DNA of 35,326 nucleotides from Parcubacteria group bacterium Gr01-1014_13 (GTDB lineage Bacteria; Patescibacteriota; Patescibacteriia; Magasanikbacterales; GWA2-37-8): NCBI GenBank assembly GCA_007376295.1, contig VMGB01000001.1, positions 248,643 to 283,968 of the forward strand, read 5' to 3'. Shown piece by piece: positions 17,193 to 25,416 of this stretch (position 1 is its first letter; each line of letters starts with the position of its first letter). The notes under the pieces were generated by a model. It saw only the letters and a program-made list of their open reading frames with translations, ran no database searches and was not told where the DNA came from. The position numbers and the translations under genes were made by a program.

Positions 17193-18062
17193 ATGATAAC
17201 CCCCCAACCACAAGCAAAACAACTAGCCAAAGCCCTCGGTTTAACCAGCGGGTTGTATTTAAAACGTGAAGATTTACACCCACATGGCTCTCATAAGGGG
17301 CGGTCTATCCCGGTGATGATACAAAAATACGCCAAATCAGGCTGGAAAAATTTTTGTGTTTCTTCTTCGGGCAATGCCGCTATTTCCGCGGCCCTTACTA
17401 TAAATGCATATAATACTAAACATAAAAATTCACCGCTAAATTTAAAAATATTTGTCGGAAAAAATATAGATAGCGGCAAACTAAAGACTATAAAAAAACT
17501 TTTGAATAAGAATGTACTGCTTAAAAAAATAGACAATCCAAAACAGTCCGCATTCCAGATGGAAAAAACTGGATCGGCTAAAAACCTGCGTCAATCTACC
17601 GATGATACAGCTTTGCTTGGCTATGCCGGTTTAGCCAAAGAATTAGCTAAAATTAAAAATCTAAAAGCTGTTTTTGTACCCACTTCAAGCGGCACTACTG
17701 CTCAGGCGCTGCATGAAGAATTTGAAAAATTAAAAATTAAGCCGCAAATTCATATCGTGCAAACTCCGGCCTGTCATCCGATGGTTAAATCCACTATTCC
17801 GATGGGTGCATCGCTGGCAACTGCAATTGTAGACAATGTTGGCTTCCGCAAAGAAGCCGTACGGAAAGGAATGCTAGAAAGTGGAGGTAGTGGTTGGATA
17901 GCAACGGACAAAGATATTTCTGAAGCAAAAGCATTAATTAAAAAAACTGAAAATATAGACGTATCGGCCAATAGCGCCTTGTCTGTGGTTGGTTTGACTC
18001 AAGCCATAAAAAACAAAATGGGCTTTAGCGGCCCAGTTGTTTGTATTCTTACCGGCAGATAA
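17193..18062 (+). CDS. PLP-dependent fold-type II enzyme (threonine synthase-like)
   Basis: LYLKREDLHPHGSHKGR (PLP Lys), SSSGNAA, VPTSSGTT, VVCILTG. Confidence 0.88.
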   Translation: MITPQPQAKQLAKALGLTSGLYLKREDLHPHGSHKGRSIPVMIQKYAKSGWKNFCVSSSGNAAISAALTINAYNTKHKNSPLNLKIFVGKNIDSGKLKTIKKLLNKNVLLKKIDNPKQSAFQMEKTGSAKNLRQSTDDTALLGYAGLAKELAKIKNLKAVFVPTSSGTTAQALHEEFEKLKIKPQIHIVQTPACHPMVKSTIPMGASLATAIVDNVGFRKEAVRKGMLESGGSGWIATDKDISEAKALIKKTENIDVSANSALSVVGLTQAIKNKMGFSGPVVCILTGR

Positions 18063-18064
18063 TA

Positions 18065-20197
18065 CTATCCGTTCATCAAAATAATTTCGTCTTTGCCGTC
18101 AAAATCCACATCGGCAGTACCGACACTGCTGGCACCGGAATTAAATCCGGTAGAAACTTTGAATTGAGATAATAATTTACCGGAAATATTAAAAACTTTC
18201 ACTTGCTTACTTTTACCGTTATTTAAAAGAGTAATTATTTCTGGATTTTTATCTCCATCTAAATCCCCCACGGCGATACTTAAAGCGCCTTTTATTTTTG
18301 TATTACTAACAAAAAACCTTTTACTTATTTTGGAAATTTTGCTGTCATAAATCAAAACTTCCGGCAAACGATTACCGGCGGTACCAACCACGACTCTATT
18401 TTCCGAGGCAATGGCTGTTGACAATCCCGCCTTATAGTTCTTGCCTAAAGGAAAAATCCCTTCTTTAATGCTCTCGCCAAAATAATTATAAATTGCTATT
18501 TTCCCACTATCGCTTTGAGAAACAATTAATGAATCATGATCTTCATTAGCTAATTTACCTACCGCGATACGCAGATCGCCTTTGTGATCACGTCCAAAAG
18601 GATAGCCGCTGAACAACTTACCGCTAGTGTTAAATATTTCCATTTTTTGGCCTACAGCTACAATTCTTTCCTGCCTGCCATCACCATCCAAATCACCGTG
18701 ATATACTTTTGAACCTCCCGGCACATCATTGTCGTAGACAAACAAACCGTTACGGACTCTGTTTCCGGTTTTATCAAAAAATTGAACGAAGTTGCCGTTG
18801 GCAAAAACAACATTTTTCAAACTTTGAAAAGTCCGCAGCAGTATCAAGCCATCCCTCGGTTGCAAAGTAACCTGGCTGACCACCGACCCATCATTTACCG
18901 AAGAGTCGCGTAAGCCGGTTATTTTTTCATATTCTCCGTTTAGATCAACTTCTTGGGGCACAGAAGTCGGGTTTACCAAAACTATTCCATTTTGGTAGTC
19001 TCTGCGCCAAACATCTTCCGCAAATTTAGATGTATTGTTTAAAGAAACCGCCGTAGATATTGGCTCACCCAACCTTACATCATACTCATCGTACCACCAT
19101 GTCTGTCCATGATCTTGATCCCCGTAATCAAAAGAATAGAAGCCACCAAGGAGCAAAGTACTGGCCAAACCAAAACGGAATTTTTTTAAATCAGTACTTT
19201 TTCCAGTGTTGCCAGTGTTAACATTGATAATGTTAATCGGTTGGTCAGCATTACTTTCACTGCTGTTATAAATACGCATGGAATTTTGCCAGCCCAAAAA
19301 TGAAGGGAAGCTTTCCAACATGGCTCCGTTTAAATCGTTTTTATAAACATCACTAGTGGCATTGCCGACTATAGCATATTTATTGTTTGTTAACGCCCTA
19401 GTTTCATTGTAAACAAAACGCATGCCCTCCTGCCAATGAGTATCTATATCACTATCTGGTTGACCGTCTTTATTTAAATCTACGGAGTCGCCCGTAAGCC
19501 ACTTAACATCTTTCCAGGCATTATCAAAAAATACTCCATCCCATAAACCCGTAGACAAGAGATCGTTGGCCACGAACTGGGCCATGTACTTATTTAACCG
19601 TATGCCGTTTATTTGCGGACTATTATCAGCGACATTTAACAGCCATGTTCCCGGCCAAAAGGTTAATTTTTTATTTTGTATATCCGTCAAATACCAACTT
19701 TCATTAATCCCTGCGGCTAATTTTTGACGCATAACGCTACTGCCGGAAGCGGCATCTGTTTTTATTTCTTGCGGTGTTATATATACCAGCATTATTATAT
19801 CTGGATTAAGCTCGCGGATTTTTTTTAGAGCGCCCAAACTTTTTACTTGAGTTTCCATATCTAAAATAAGCAAATCCCATTTGGCTAATTCTGTTATTTT
19901 AGAATATGGAATTTCCCAGTTTAAATAATAATTGGCTTTTTTAGGACCGGATAGTACGCCAAATTTAAATACAGACGAGGAAACGGAAGGTGGAATTGGT
20001 GAAGATGAAAAATCTTGGGAAGATGCGATGGAAGAAGGTGTAAGATGGGTAGCTTTAGCTACTGATTCATAGGATTTATAAGAAAAAAGCAAACCAACAT
20101 AAAGAATAGCCACTAATGTTAAAGTAGCCCCACAGGTGCGCAGTGTTTTTCCGCTGGAGCGGAATTTCGCCTTACGGCGACGAGTTTTTGTGTTCAT
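18065..20197 (-). CDS. Exported putative glycoside hydrolase with C-terminal FG-GAP-like repeats
   Basis: N-terminal TM; WDGVFFDN, GAMLESF, WWYDEYD, VWRRDY.NGIVLVNPT; GDLDGDG, GDLDGDK and ADVDFDG repeats; start uncertain (20197 or GTG 20224). Confidence 0.75.
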   Translation of the reverse strand: MNTKTRRRKAKFRSSGKTLRTCGATLTLVAILYVGLLFSYKSYESVAKATHLTPSSIASSQDFSSSPIPPSVSSSVFKFGVLSGPKKANYYLNWEIPYSKITELAKWDLLILDMETQVKSLGALKKIRELNPDIIMLVYITPQEIKTDAASGSSVMRQKLAAGINESWYLTDIQNKKLTFWPGTWLLNVADNSPQINGIRLNKYMAQFVANDLLSTGLWDGVFFDNAWKDVKWLTGDSVDLNKDGQPDSDIDTHWQEGMRFVYNETRALTNNKYAIVGNATSDVYKNDLNGAMLESFPSFLGWQNSMRIYNSSESNADQPINIINVNTGNTGKSTDLKKFRFGLASTLLLGGFYSFDYGDQDHGQTWWYDEYDVRLGEPISTAVSLNNTSKFAEDVWRRDYQNGIVLVNPTSVPQEVDLNGEYEKITGLRDSSVNDGSVVSQVTLQPRDGLILLRTFQSLKNVVFANGNFVQFFDKTGNRVRNGLFVYDNDVPGGSKVYHGDLDGDGRQERIVAVGQKMEIFNTSGKLFSGYPFGRDHKGDLRIAVGKLANEDHDSLIVSQSDSGKIAIYNYFGESIKEGIFPLGKNYKAGLSTAIASENRVVVGTAGNRLPEVLIYDSKISKISKRFFVSNTKIKGALSIAVGDLDGDKNPEIITLLNNGKSKQVKVFNISGKLLSQFKVSTGFNSGASSVGTADVDFDGKDEIILMNG

Positions 20198-20300
20198 TGA
20201 CTTAAACGAAACCCGCAGCGCCACTACTGCCTACTGAGCGCAGCGCTTAGAACTTTATGTTATCATTAAATCGTGTTATACTCAAATAAATACTACCAGT

Positions 20301-21671
20301 ATGCACAACCTTAAAAAATTCTCCCCCAGCAGTATTTTGGTAATACTTCTGGCTATTTTTACTATAGTAAATCCCGCCGCTGGCCTGGATGTACTGGCCT
20401 TTTTGGCTATAGCTTTTATTATCCTACAAAAAATATTTGGCGAATACTTTATCCTGGTTCTTTTGGTGACCAGACCAACTTTGGACTACTGGAGAGATAG
20501 TTATTTATTCTCCTTTAACTCATTTGATCTAAACATAAATGCAGCTTTGTCTATATTCTTATTAGTCTGGACTGCATATTTTTTTGCCAAAAATAGTTCG
20601 TATGTTAAAACGATTCCGGCCAAAACTGCCTGGCTGGCTTTTATTGCTTGGTGCTCTATCACCGCCATCTACAGTTATGATACTGGCTCCACAGTAATAG
20701 AAACTGTCAAAGCGGCAAATATGTTCGGACTATTTGGGATTTGTTATATAATGTCTAAAAAAGACCCGGTAAAATTTAAAAAAGATTTTCTAAAAGCGCT
20801 AATCGCAGCTTCAACCATTCCTCTGCTGGTAGCAGTTTTCCAATTTTTATCCAAGACCGGCATGGATATAGATGGTATTGCCAATAGAATCTACGGCACA
20901 TTCGCCCACCCTAACATCTTAGCTACCTTTACTTTATTGCTGGCAACAGTGCTGGTAAATGAATTTTTTATTACCAAAGATCTCAGAAATATGGGGGCTG
21001 CGCCAAAGTGGGTTTGCCTGTTTTTACTGGCAATAATAGCCCTGACTTATACCAGAATTGCCTGGATCGGAGTGGCAGCTCTTTTTATAATCGTCGGTTT
21101 GATTTATTACAAAAAAATACTTTTGTACCTTTTGGGTGGCGCAGCCTTATTCTTCATCTTGTTTTATCCTCTTAATAATTATTTAGCTACTAATTTTAAC
21201 TTAAATTTACAATCAATCGGTCTGATTTCCAGACTGACTGCCAGAAATGAAGATTCAGATTCTGTGAAATGGCGTACAGACGTGGCCAACAAAGTACTGC
21301 CGCTTTTTACAAAAAAACCGATTCTTGGCTATGGCTATGGCTCATTCCCCAAAGTTTGGGACGACAACAAAGATATTTCCAATATTTGGGACAATACTTC
21401 GGAAGCGCACAATGATTATATAAAAGTCGCTTTTGAAGCCGGTATTATCGGACTAATTTTATTCTTGAGTATTTTTTTAAGCCTGCTTTACAACCAAATT
21501 AGTTTCGCCGTAAAAAATAAATGGAAAAATATCGCCTTTATTGCCAGTATCCTAGTTTATTTAATTCTCGGTCTCTCAGATAACATGTTGCACCACACAC
21601 CAATGGTTTGGTGGCTATGGGCGGTTTGGGGCTGGTGGGCAGCGGAGTATAGGCTAAATTCAGAAAAATAA
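20301..21671 (+). CDS. O-antigen ligase/polymerase family membrane protein
   Basis: RIYGTFAHPN, TYTRIAW, PILGYGYGSF, AHNDY...E.GIIG. Confidence 0.9.
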   Translation: MHNLKKFSPSSILVILLAIFTIVNPAAGLDVLAFLAIAFIILQKIFGEYFILVLLVTRPTLDYWRDSYLFSFNSFDLNINAALSIFLLVWTAYFFAKNSSYVKTIPAKTAWLAFIAWCSITAIYSYDTGSTVIETVKAANMFGLFGICYIMSKKDPVKFKKDFLKALIAASTIPLLVAVFQFLSKTGMDIDGIANRIYGTFAHPNILATFTLLLATVLVNEFFITKDLRNMGAAPKWVCLFLLAIIALTYTRIAWIGVAALFIIVGLIYYKKILLYLLGGAALFFILFYPLNNYLATNFNLNLQSIGLISRLTARNEDSDSVKWRTDVANKVLPLFTKKPILGYGYGSFPKVWDDNKDISNIWDNTSEAHNDYIKVAFEAGIIGLILFLSIFLSLLYNQISFAVKNKWKNIAFIASILVYLILGLSDNMLHHTPMVWWLWAVWGWWAAEYRLNSEK

Positions 21672-21676
21672 ATATA

Positions 21677-21752
21677 ACAAAAAACCACCCAGAGAGAGTC
21701 ACCTAATTAAGTAATAAATTATTTAATCGGGTGATCGGGTGGTATTTTTGTT
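21677..21752. terminator. Long bidirectional hairpin between convergent units
   Basis: AACAAAAA-ACCACCC...TCACC-TAATTAAGTAAT / ATTATTTAATC-GGGTGA...GGGTGGT-ATTTTTGTT. Confidence 0.65.
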
Positions 21753-21954
21753 AGGCAGATAAATCTGTCTATCTTCATTCGCTACTAATAGTGAACGCAA
21801 ATAGACAGATAATGCCTGAAAAAGTTCGTTAGAACTTTAATTTTTTTCACCATTTTTATTAAATGATGAATAAAATTGAAGGGGGAAGAGAGTTGCTGTT
21901 ACAACCGCAATCTCTACTCTCTTCCCCTGCCTCACTTGCGTGAGGATTTTCCTC

Positions 21955-22746
21955 CTAGTACAGGTCGCAGCGCTTGTCCCATGTACCGCCGGCCTGGTTG
22001 GGCTCGGTGGCCGGATGGTCAGGCAATCGCTTGCACCCTGGCGTAGTCCAACGAGGGACATCAGCCGTGGCACCTGGCAACCAAACACCGGATACAGAAG
22101 CCGGCACAACGTTGAGTCCAGCCATCGACTTGCTTGGGCAAGTGATGGCACAGTCGTGATCCCCACCAGTCACCGTCGTTCCGACGGTAATGTTGTGGTT
22201 CAGTGTCCCCTGCTCGTTCCAGCCTTCGCAGTGATCGATGTCATTGACAGCGGCCGCGGTGAAGGTGAGGTAGAGCCCGTGACAAACAGTGGTCGTATAG
22301 CTACACGTTCCTGTGGAAGTGTTGCAAACATCGTTAGTCCAAGCGTTACCATCGTTGCAGTCATCATCGCAGGTGCATCCGGTCGGAGCGGGATTGACCG
22401 TCACAGTCACCGAGCCTTCAGCCGATCCACCGGGACCGTCGCAGTGCAAGGTGTAGGTAAAGCCCTCCTGGATGTTGGTAACCGACCAGATATCGGATTC
22501 CAGAGGAACGTGCGTAGTACCGTCCGCACCGAGGCTCCAACACGAAGTCGCGTTGGTATAGACCCATGTGATCACGGTACTCCCACCTGCTGTGACGGTC
22601 GGGGGATTGGCTGTCCCAGTCACGGTCGGTGCTGGCTGCCCAGCGTCGCCACCTGTCACGTCTTGAGACGTGACTCCGTCTTCGATGCAGGCTGTCATTA
22701 CCATGACACTACACAGAACGAACATCGTCGCGATCGTCTTCTTCAT
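21955..22746 (-). CDS. Putative lipoprotein with Ig/PKD-like and Cys-rich domains
   Basis: Signal MKKTIATMFVLCSVMVMTA|C; TITW..TNATSC...YTLHCDGPGG..SVTVTV Ig-like block; CDDDCNDGNAWTNDVC motif; SD AAGGAG. Confidence 0.8.
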   Translation of the reverse strand: MKKTIATMFVLCSVMVMTACIEDGVTSQDVTGGDAGQPAPTVTGTANPPTVTAGGSTVITWVYTNATSCWSLGADGTTHVPLESDIWSVTNIQEGFTYTLHCDGPGGSAEGSVTVTVNPAPTGCTCDDDCNDGNAWTNDVCNTSTGTCSYTTTVCHGLYLTFTAAAVNDIDHCEGWNEQGTLNHNITVGTTVTGGDHDCAITCPSKSMAGLNVVPASVSGVWLPGATADVPRWTTPGCKRLPDHPATEPNQAGGTWDKRCDLY

Positions 22747-22919
22747 TTTCCTTCTCCTTCTTCTAGTTTTTGGGTTTATCCCAAGAAATTTTGTCTTATC
22801 CCGAGCATTCGAGATAAGGTACCGCCGGATTTTACATCCGTTATCACCACTTCAAATGGAAACGATGATAATTAGACGCTCCGACTCAATCATTTTAATG
22901 ATTAAGTCGGAGGTTGTCC

Positions 22920-23549
22920 CTAGAACAGATAACTGAGCGTGAGTCCTTGGTAGGACACCAGCTTTGTTTCTCTATCCCCAGGGACAGGGTAGGTGGCCGC
23001 TCCGAGTCCAGCTGAGGCTTCCACCGAAAAGTGGTTGATCTCGAACTGGAGATGAAACGATCCGCCGACAATTCTTTCACTGGCCTGCTCCTTGGGATGA
23101 CCAAGGACTTGGGTGCAGTAGAGTAGATCAGTTCCGAGACCGATGCTGAAATGCTTGCCGAGGCTTCGCATCGCAGCCAGTCCGGAATCGAACGCTACAT
23201 CACCCCAACCTTTCTTGCAGCTACCTGCCCGAAAGGTTGCGTGTAGCCTCCACGACGAGTCGGCATATCCGATTTCGCCGATGAGGCCAGCAGTAGGAGA
23301 AAGGTATGTCCGGGCAGGAAAACCCACCCCAACACTGAACCCGCCACGCAGAGCGAGATTGCCTGCTGTCGGGGAGAACTCGTGGATTCGCTGTACAACG
23401 TACGGCACTTCCACGACTACATCTTCTCCGACGCCAGGTACCTTGACCACGGTGTCCTTGGGAACCTCTGGGGTTCCGTTGGGCGGGGTTTCGGCAAAGA
23501 CGATACTCGTCATCATCAGAAACATGAACGTGAAAGCAACCTTCTTCAT
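22920..23549 (-). CDS. Putative 8-stranded outer-membrane beta-barrel protein
   Basis: Sec signal ending VFA; eight amphipathic Gly-rich strands; C-terminus GLTLSYLF. Confidence 0.68.
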   Translation of the reverse strand: MKKVAFTFMFLMMTSIVFAETPPNGTPEVPKDTVVKVPGVGEDVVVEVPYVVQRIHEFSPTAGNLALRGGFSVGVGFPARTYLSPTAGLIGEIGYADSSWRLHATFRAGSCKKGWGDVAFDSGLAAMRSLGKHFSIGLGTDLLYCTQVLGHPKEQASERIVGGSFHLQFEINHFSVEASAGLGAATYPVPGDRETKLVSYQGLTLSYLF

Positions 23550-23709
23550 CTTTTCTCTTCCTTTCGCCTTTGGTAGGCATTGTCAATTGTAAAAAACGAT
23601 CTACTTCACCTCCTTAAAATATTTTCTACTTTAGGAAGATGAAGATGGATCGTGCGAGTTTCCTATACTCGCACGGGTTAGACTGGTCCCGCACAATGCG
23701 GAACAACAG

Positions 23710-24456
23710 TTAGCGACGCATGGACCGTGGCTTGTACACGTCGATGTAGACGGGAACAGGGCGGTAGATGACGTTGCGTGTCGGTTGTGGCTGCTGATGA
23801 CCAACATCGACTGGAGCGGGCGGTTTCTTGTCTTCGGTCGGTAGCGGGTCCTTGCCAACACTGATGGCGATACGCGTCTCTTGAATCTTCTTCTCAATTC
23901 GCGTGATGCGCCAGTTGGAACCCGCGACCTTTTTTTCCACCTCGGTCTTGTCGGCCTTGGTGGCGTCCAATCCGTTGACCTTGTCGGCCAGCGCATCGAC
24001 GGTCCCGATGATTTTCTCCACATTGGAGATCATCGGGTCGACCTTCTTGTTCAGATCATCGACCCCCTTCTTGAGCCCAGCGATGTCGTCCTTGTTGGCC
24101 TTGTTGTCCTTCTGAAGGCTCATGATGTCGGCCTCCAGAGACGCGCCGTCCTTCTTCAGCTCACTCACTCCTTGGCAGGAATAGAGCATGAGAGCCAGCG
24201 CTGCCAGCATGCCCATGACCACAATGAGGGTCTTGAGCGGGCCAGACCATCGACTCCGCGGCTTGTCGCCGCTAGTCGTGGCCAGATCGTCGTCGGGCGT
24301 TCGGGGAACGCGCGGCTCGGATCCAGCTCTGGGAAACGGCGGAACTTCGCTCAGCTTCAGATTCGCGTCGGGAGGAAGCGGTTGGGTGATCTGAGTGACC
24401 ACCTTGGCTTCCGGACCCTTGTTCTTATCATTCGTCGTATCCTCGGTTCCATTCAT
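23710..24456 (-). CDS. Membrane-anchored coiled-coil protein
   Basis: Start ATG 24456 after GAGGAG; Pro-rich N-terminus, one TM ending LYSC, long heptad region, Pro-rich tail. Confidence 0.78.
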   Translation of the reverse strand: MNGTEDTTNDKNKGPEAKVVTQITQPLPPDANLKLSEVPPFPRAGSEPRVPRTPDDDLATTSGDKPRSRWSGPLKTLIVVMGMLAALALMLYSCQGVSELKKDGASLEADIMSLQKDNKANKDDIAGLKKGVDDLNKKVDPMISNVEKIIGTVDALADKVNGLDATKADKTEVEKKVAGSNWRITRIEKKIQETRIAISVGKDPLPTEDKKPPAPVDVGHQQPQPTRNVIYRPVPVYIDVYKPRSMRR

Positions 24457-24550
24457 CTCTGTCTCCTCGTTTAGAGCGTTATTTCTCATCTACCAACATG
24501 GCAGATGAGGAGTGTTTTCATTAGAACCACCAGAATTGATGGTCCAAATT

Positions 24551-24652
24551 AAAAACATAAAACCTCTTTGGAGAGAGGTTTATCATTGGGTATTAATCGT
24601 TAAGGCTCAGTAATGTACTCTCTCAAACACTACTTGGCTTTTATTAACGACT
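24551..24652 (-). ncRNA. Candidate structured leader/attenuator or sRNA
   Basis: Begins just downstream of a consensus promoter; long hairpin followed by a terminator-like hairpin and U-rich tract. Confidence 0.45.
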
Positions 24653-24656
24653 AAAT

Positions 24657-24685
24657 ACTATATCACAAAGCTAATCATTTGTCAA
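24657..24685 (-). promoter_or_regulatory. sigma70 promoter of the GC-rich island
   Basis: TTGACA-17 nt-TATAGT with TGn extension. Confidence 0.75.
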
Positions 24686-24728
24686 GACCTGCAACTGTAA
24701 TAGCGGGTATTTTTGGCTAAGTTGATAT

Positions 24729-24762
24729 AAAAAACCCGTAGAACCACTGAGGTTTACGGGGT
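24729..24762 (-). terminator. Intrinsic terminator of the 24788-25339 gene
   Basis: Minus strand CCCGTA-AACC-tcagt-GGTT-c-TACGGG then a T run; an extra hairpin AGTCGCC/GGCGACT is adjacent. Confidence 0.7.
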
Positions 24763-24787
24763 AGTCGCCTGAGGCGACTGAAAGTGT

Positions 24788-25339
24788 TTAGTAGGATACG
24801 CGAAAATACGTATGGCGCGCTTCCTGGAGCCTGTTCATACAGGCTTGAAAAATTTCATCCCACAGAGCTCTGTTTCCGCTGAAAATGAAATTGTGAGCCG
24901 CATCTGCTGTCCAGCAAACATTATAGTAGCCTGCAGGAAAAGAAATTGGTTGCCAAGCCCACGGGGCGTAATATTTCATACTACCCGGCGTGAGCGGAAA
25001 CCACAGCAGGGATTCAACTTGTTTGACGCAGGCGGTGAAGTCATCGATCGGCAGCTGATCAGTTATGATTGAAGGCGGATCCCCATCAGATGCCGACGAA
25101 ATTACATCCGGCTGAACGCTGGCAACATCTTGCTGTTGCAAACTATCGATCTTGTTTGTCTTCGCCCGTACTATAATATTACCCATGGTTTCAATCGTGC
25201 GCGAATCCTGGCAAGAAACCAAGAACTGATAAAAATTCGCGCTCAGCGAAAGAAGAAAAGTAAAGCACAAGACGATTAGAGCCTTCCCTTCGCTGGAAAG
25301 CGCAGGATATTTGACTGACTTTTGAAGTTTCTCGGACAT
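24788..25339 (-). CDS. Hypothetical protein with N-terminal TM anchor
   Basis: ORF track; own promoter and terminator. Confidence 0.72.
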   Translation of the reverse strand: MSEKLQKSVKYPALSSEGKALIVLCFTFLLSLSANFYQFLVSCQDSRTIETMGNIIVRAKTNKIDSLQQQDVASVQPDVISSASDGDPPSIITDQLPIDDFTACVKQVESLLWFPLTPGSMKYYAPWAWQPISFPAGYYNVCWTADAAHNFIFSGNRALWDEIFQACMNRLQEARHTYFRVSY

Positions 25340-25375
25340 TGACGGAGCCTTTCGTTGGAGTTGGGGACTTAATTT

Positions 25376-25405
25376 AGATTACCATGCAATAAGCAAAGAT
25401 GTCAA
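25376..25405 (-). promoter_or_regulatory. sigma70-type promoter
   Basis: TTGACA-18 nt-TAATCT with TGn extension. Confidence 0.6.
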
Positions 25406-25416
25406 AAAATTTTAAA

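Noticed and set aside
17122-17283. 108-aa version of the LysW-like ORF
   Set aside because: Extension overlaps the PLP enzyme gene; ATG 17121 gives a LysW-sized protein
20247-21839. TTAGAACTTTA on both sides of the O-antigen ligase gene
   Set aside because: AT-rich 11-mer with no mobility gene; chance is plausible
21940-22875. 311-aa plus-strand ORF and other long antisense ORFs in the island (e.g. 23881-24474)
   Set aside because: Shadow ORFs expected in GC-rich DNA; minus-strand frames have SD sites and signal peptides
21677-24685. Prophage, integron or IS explanation for the island
   Set aside because: No integrase, transposase, phage gene, clear attC core sites or target duplication seen
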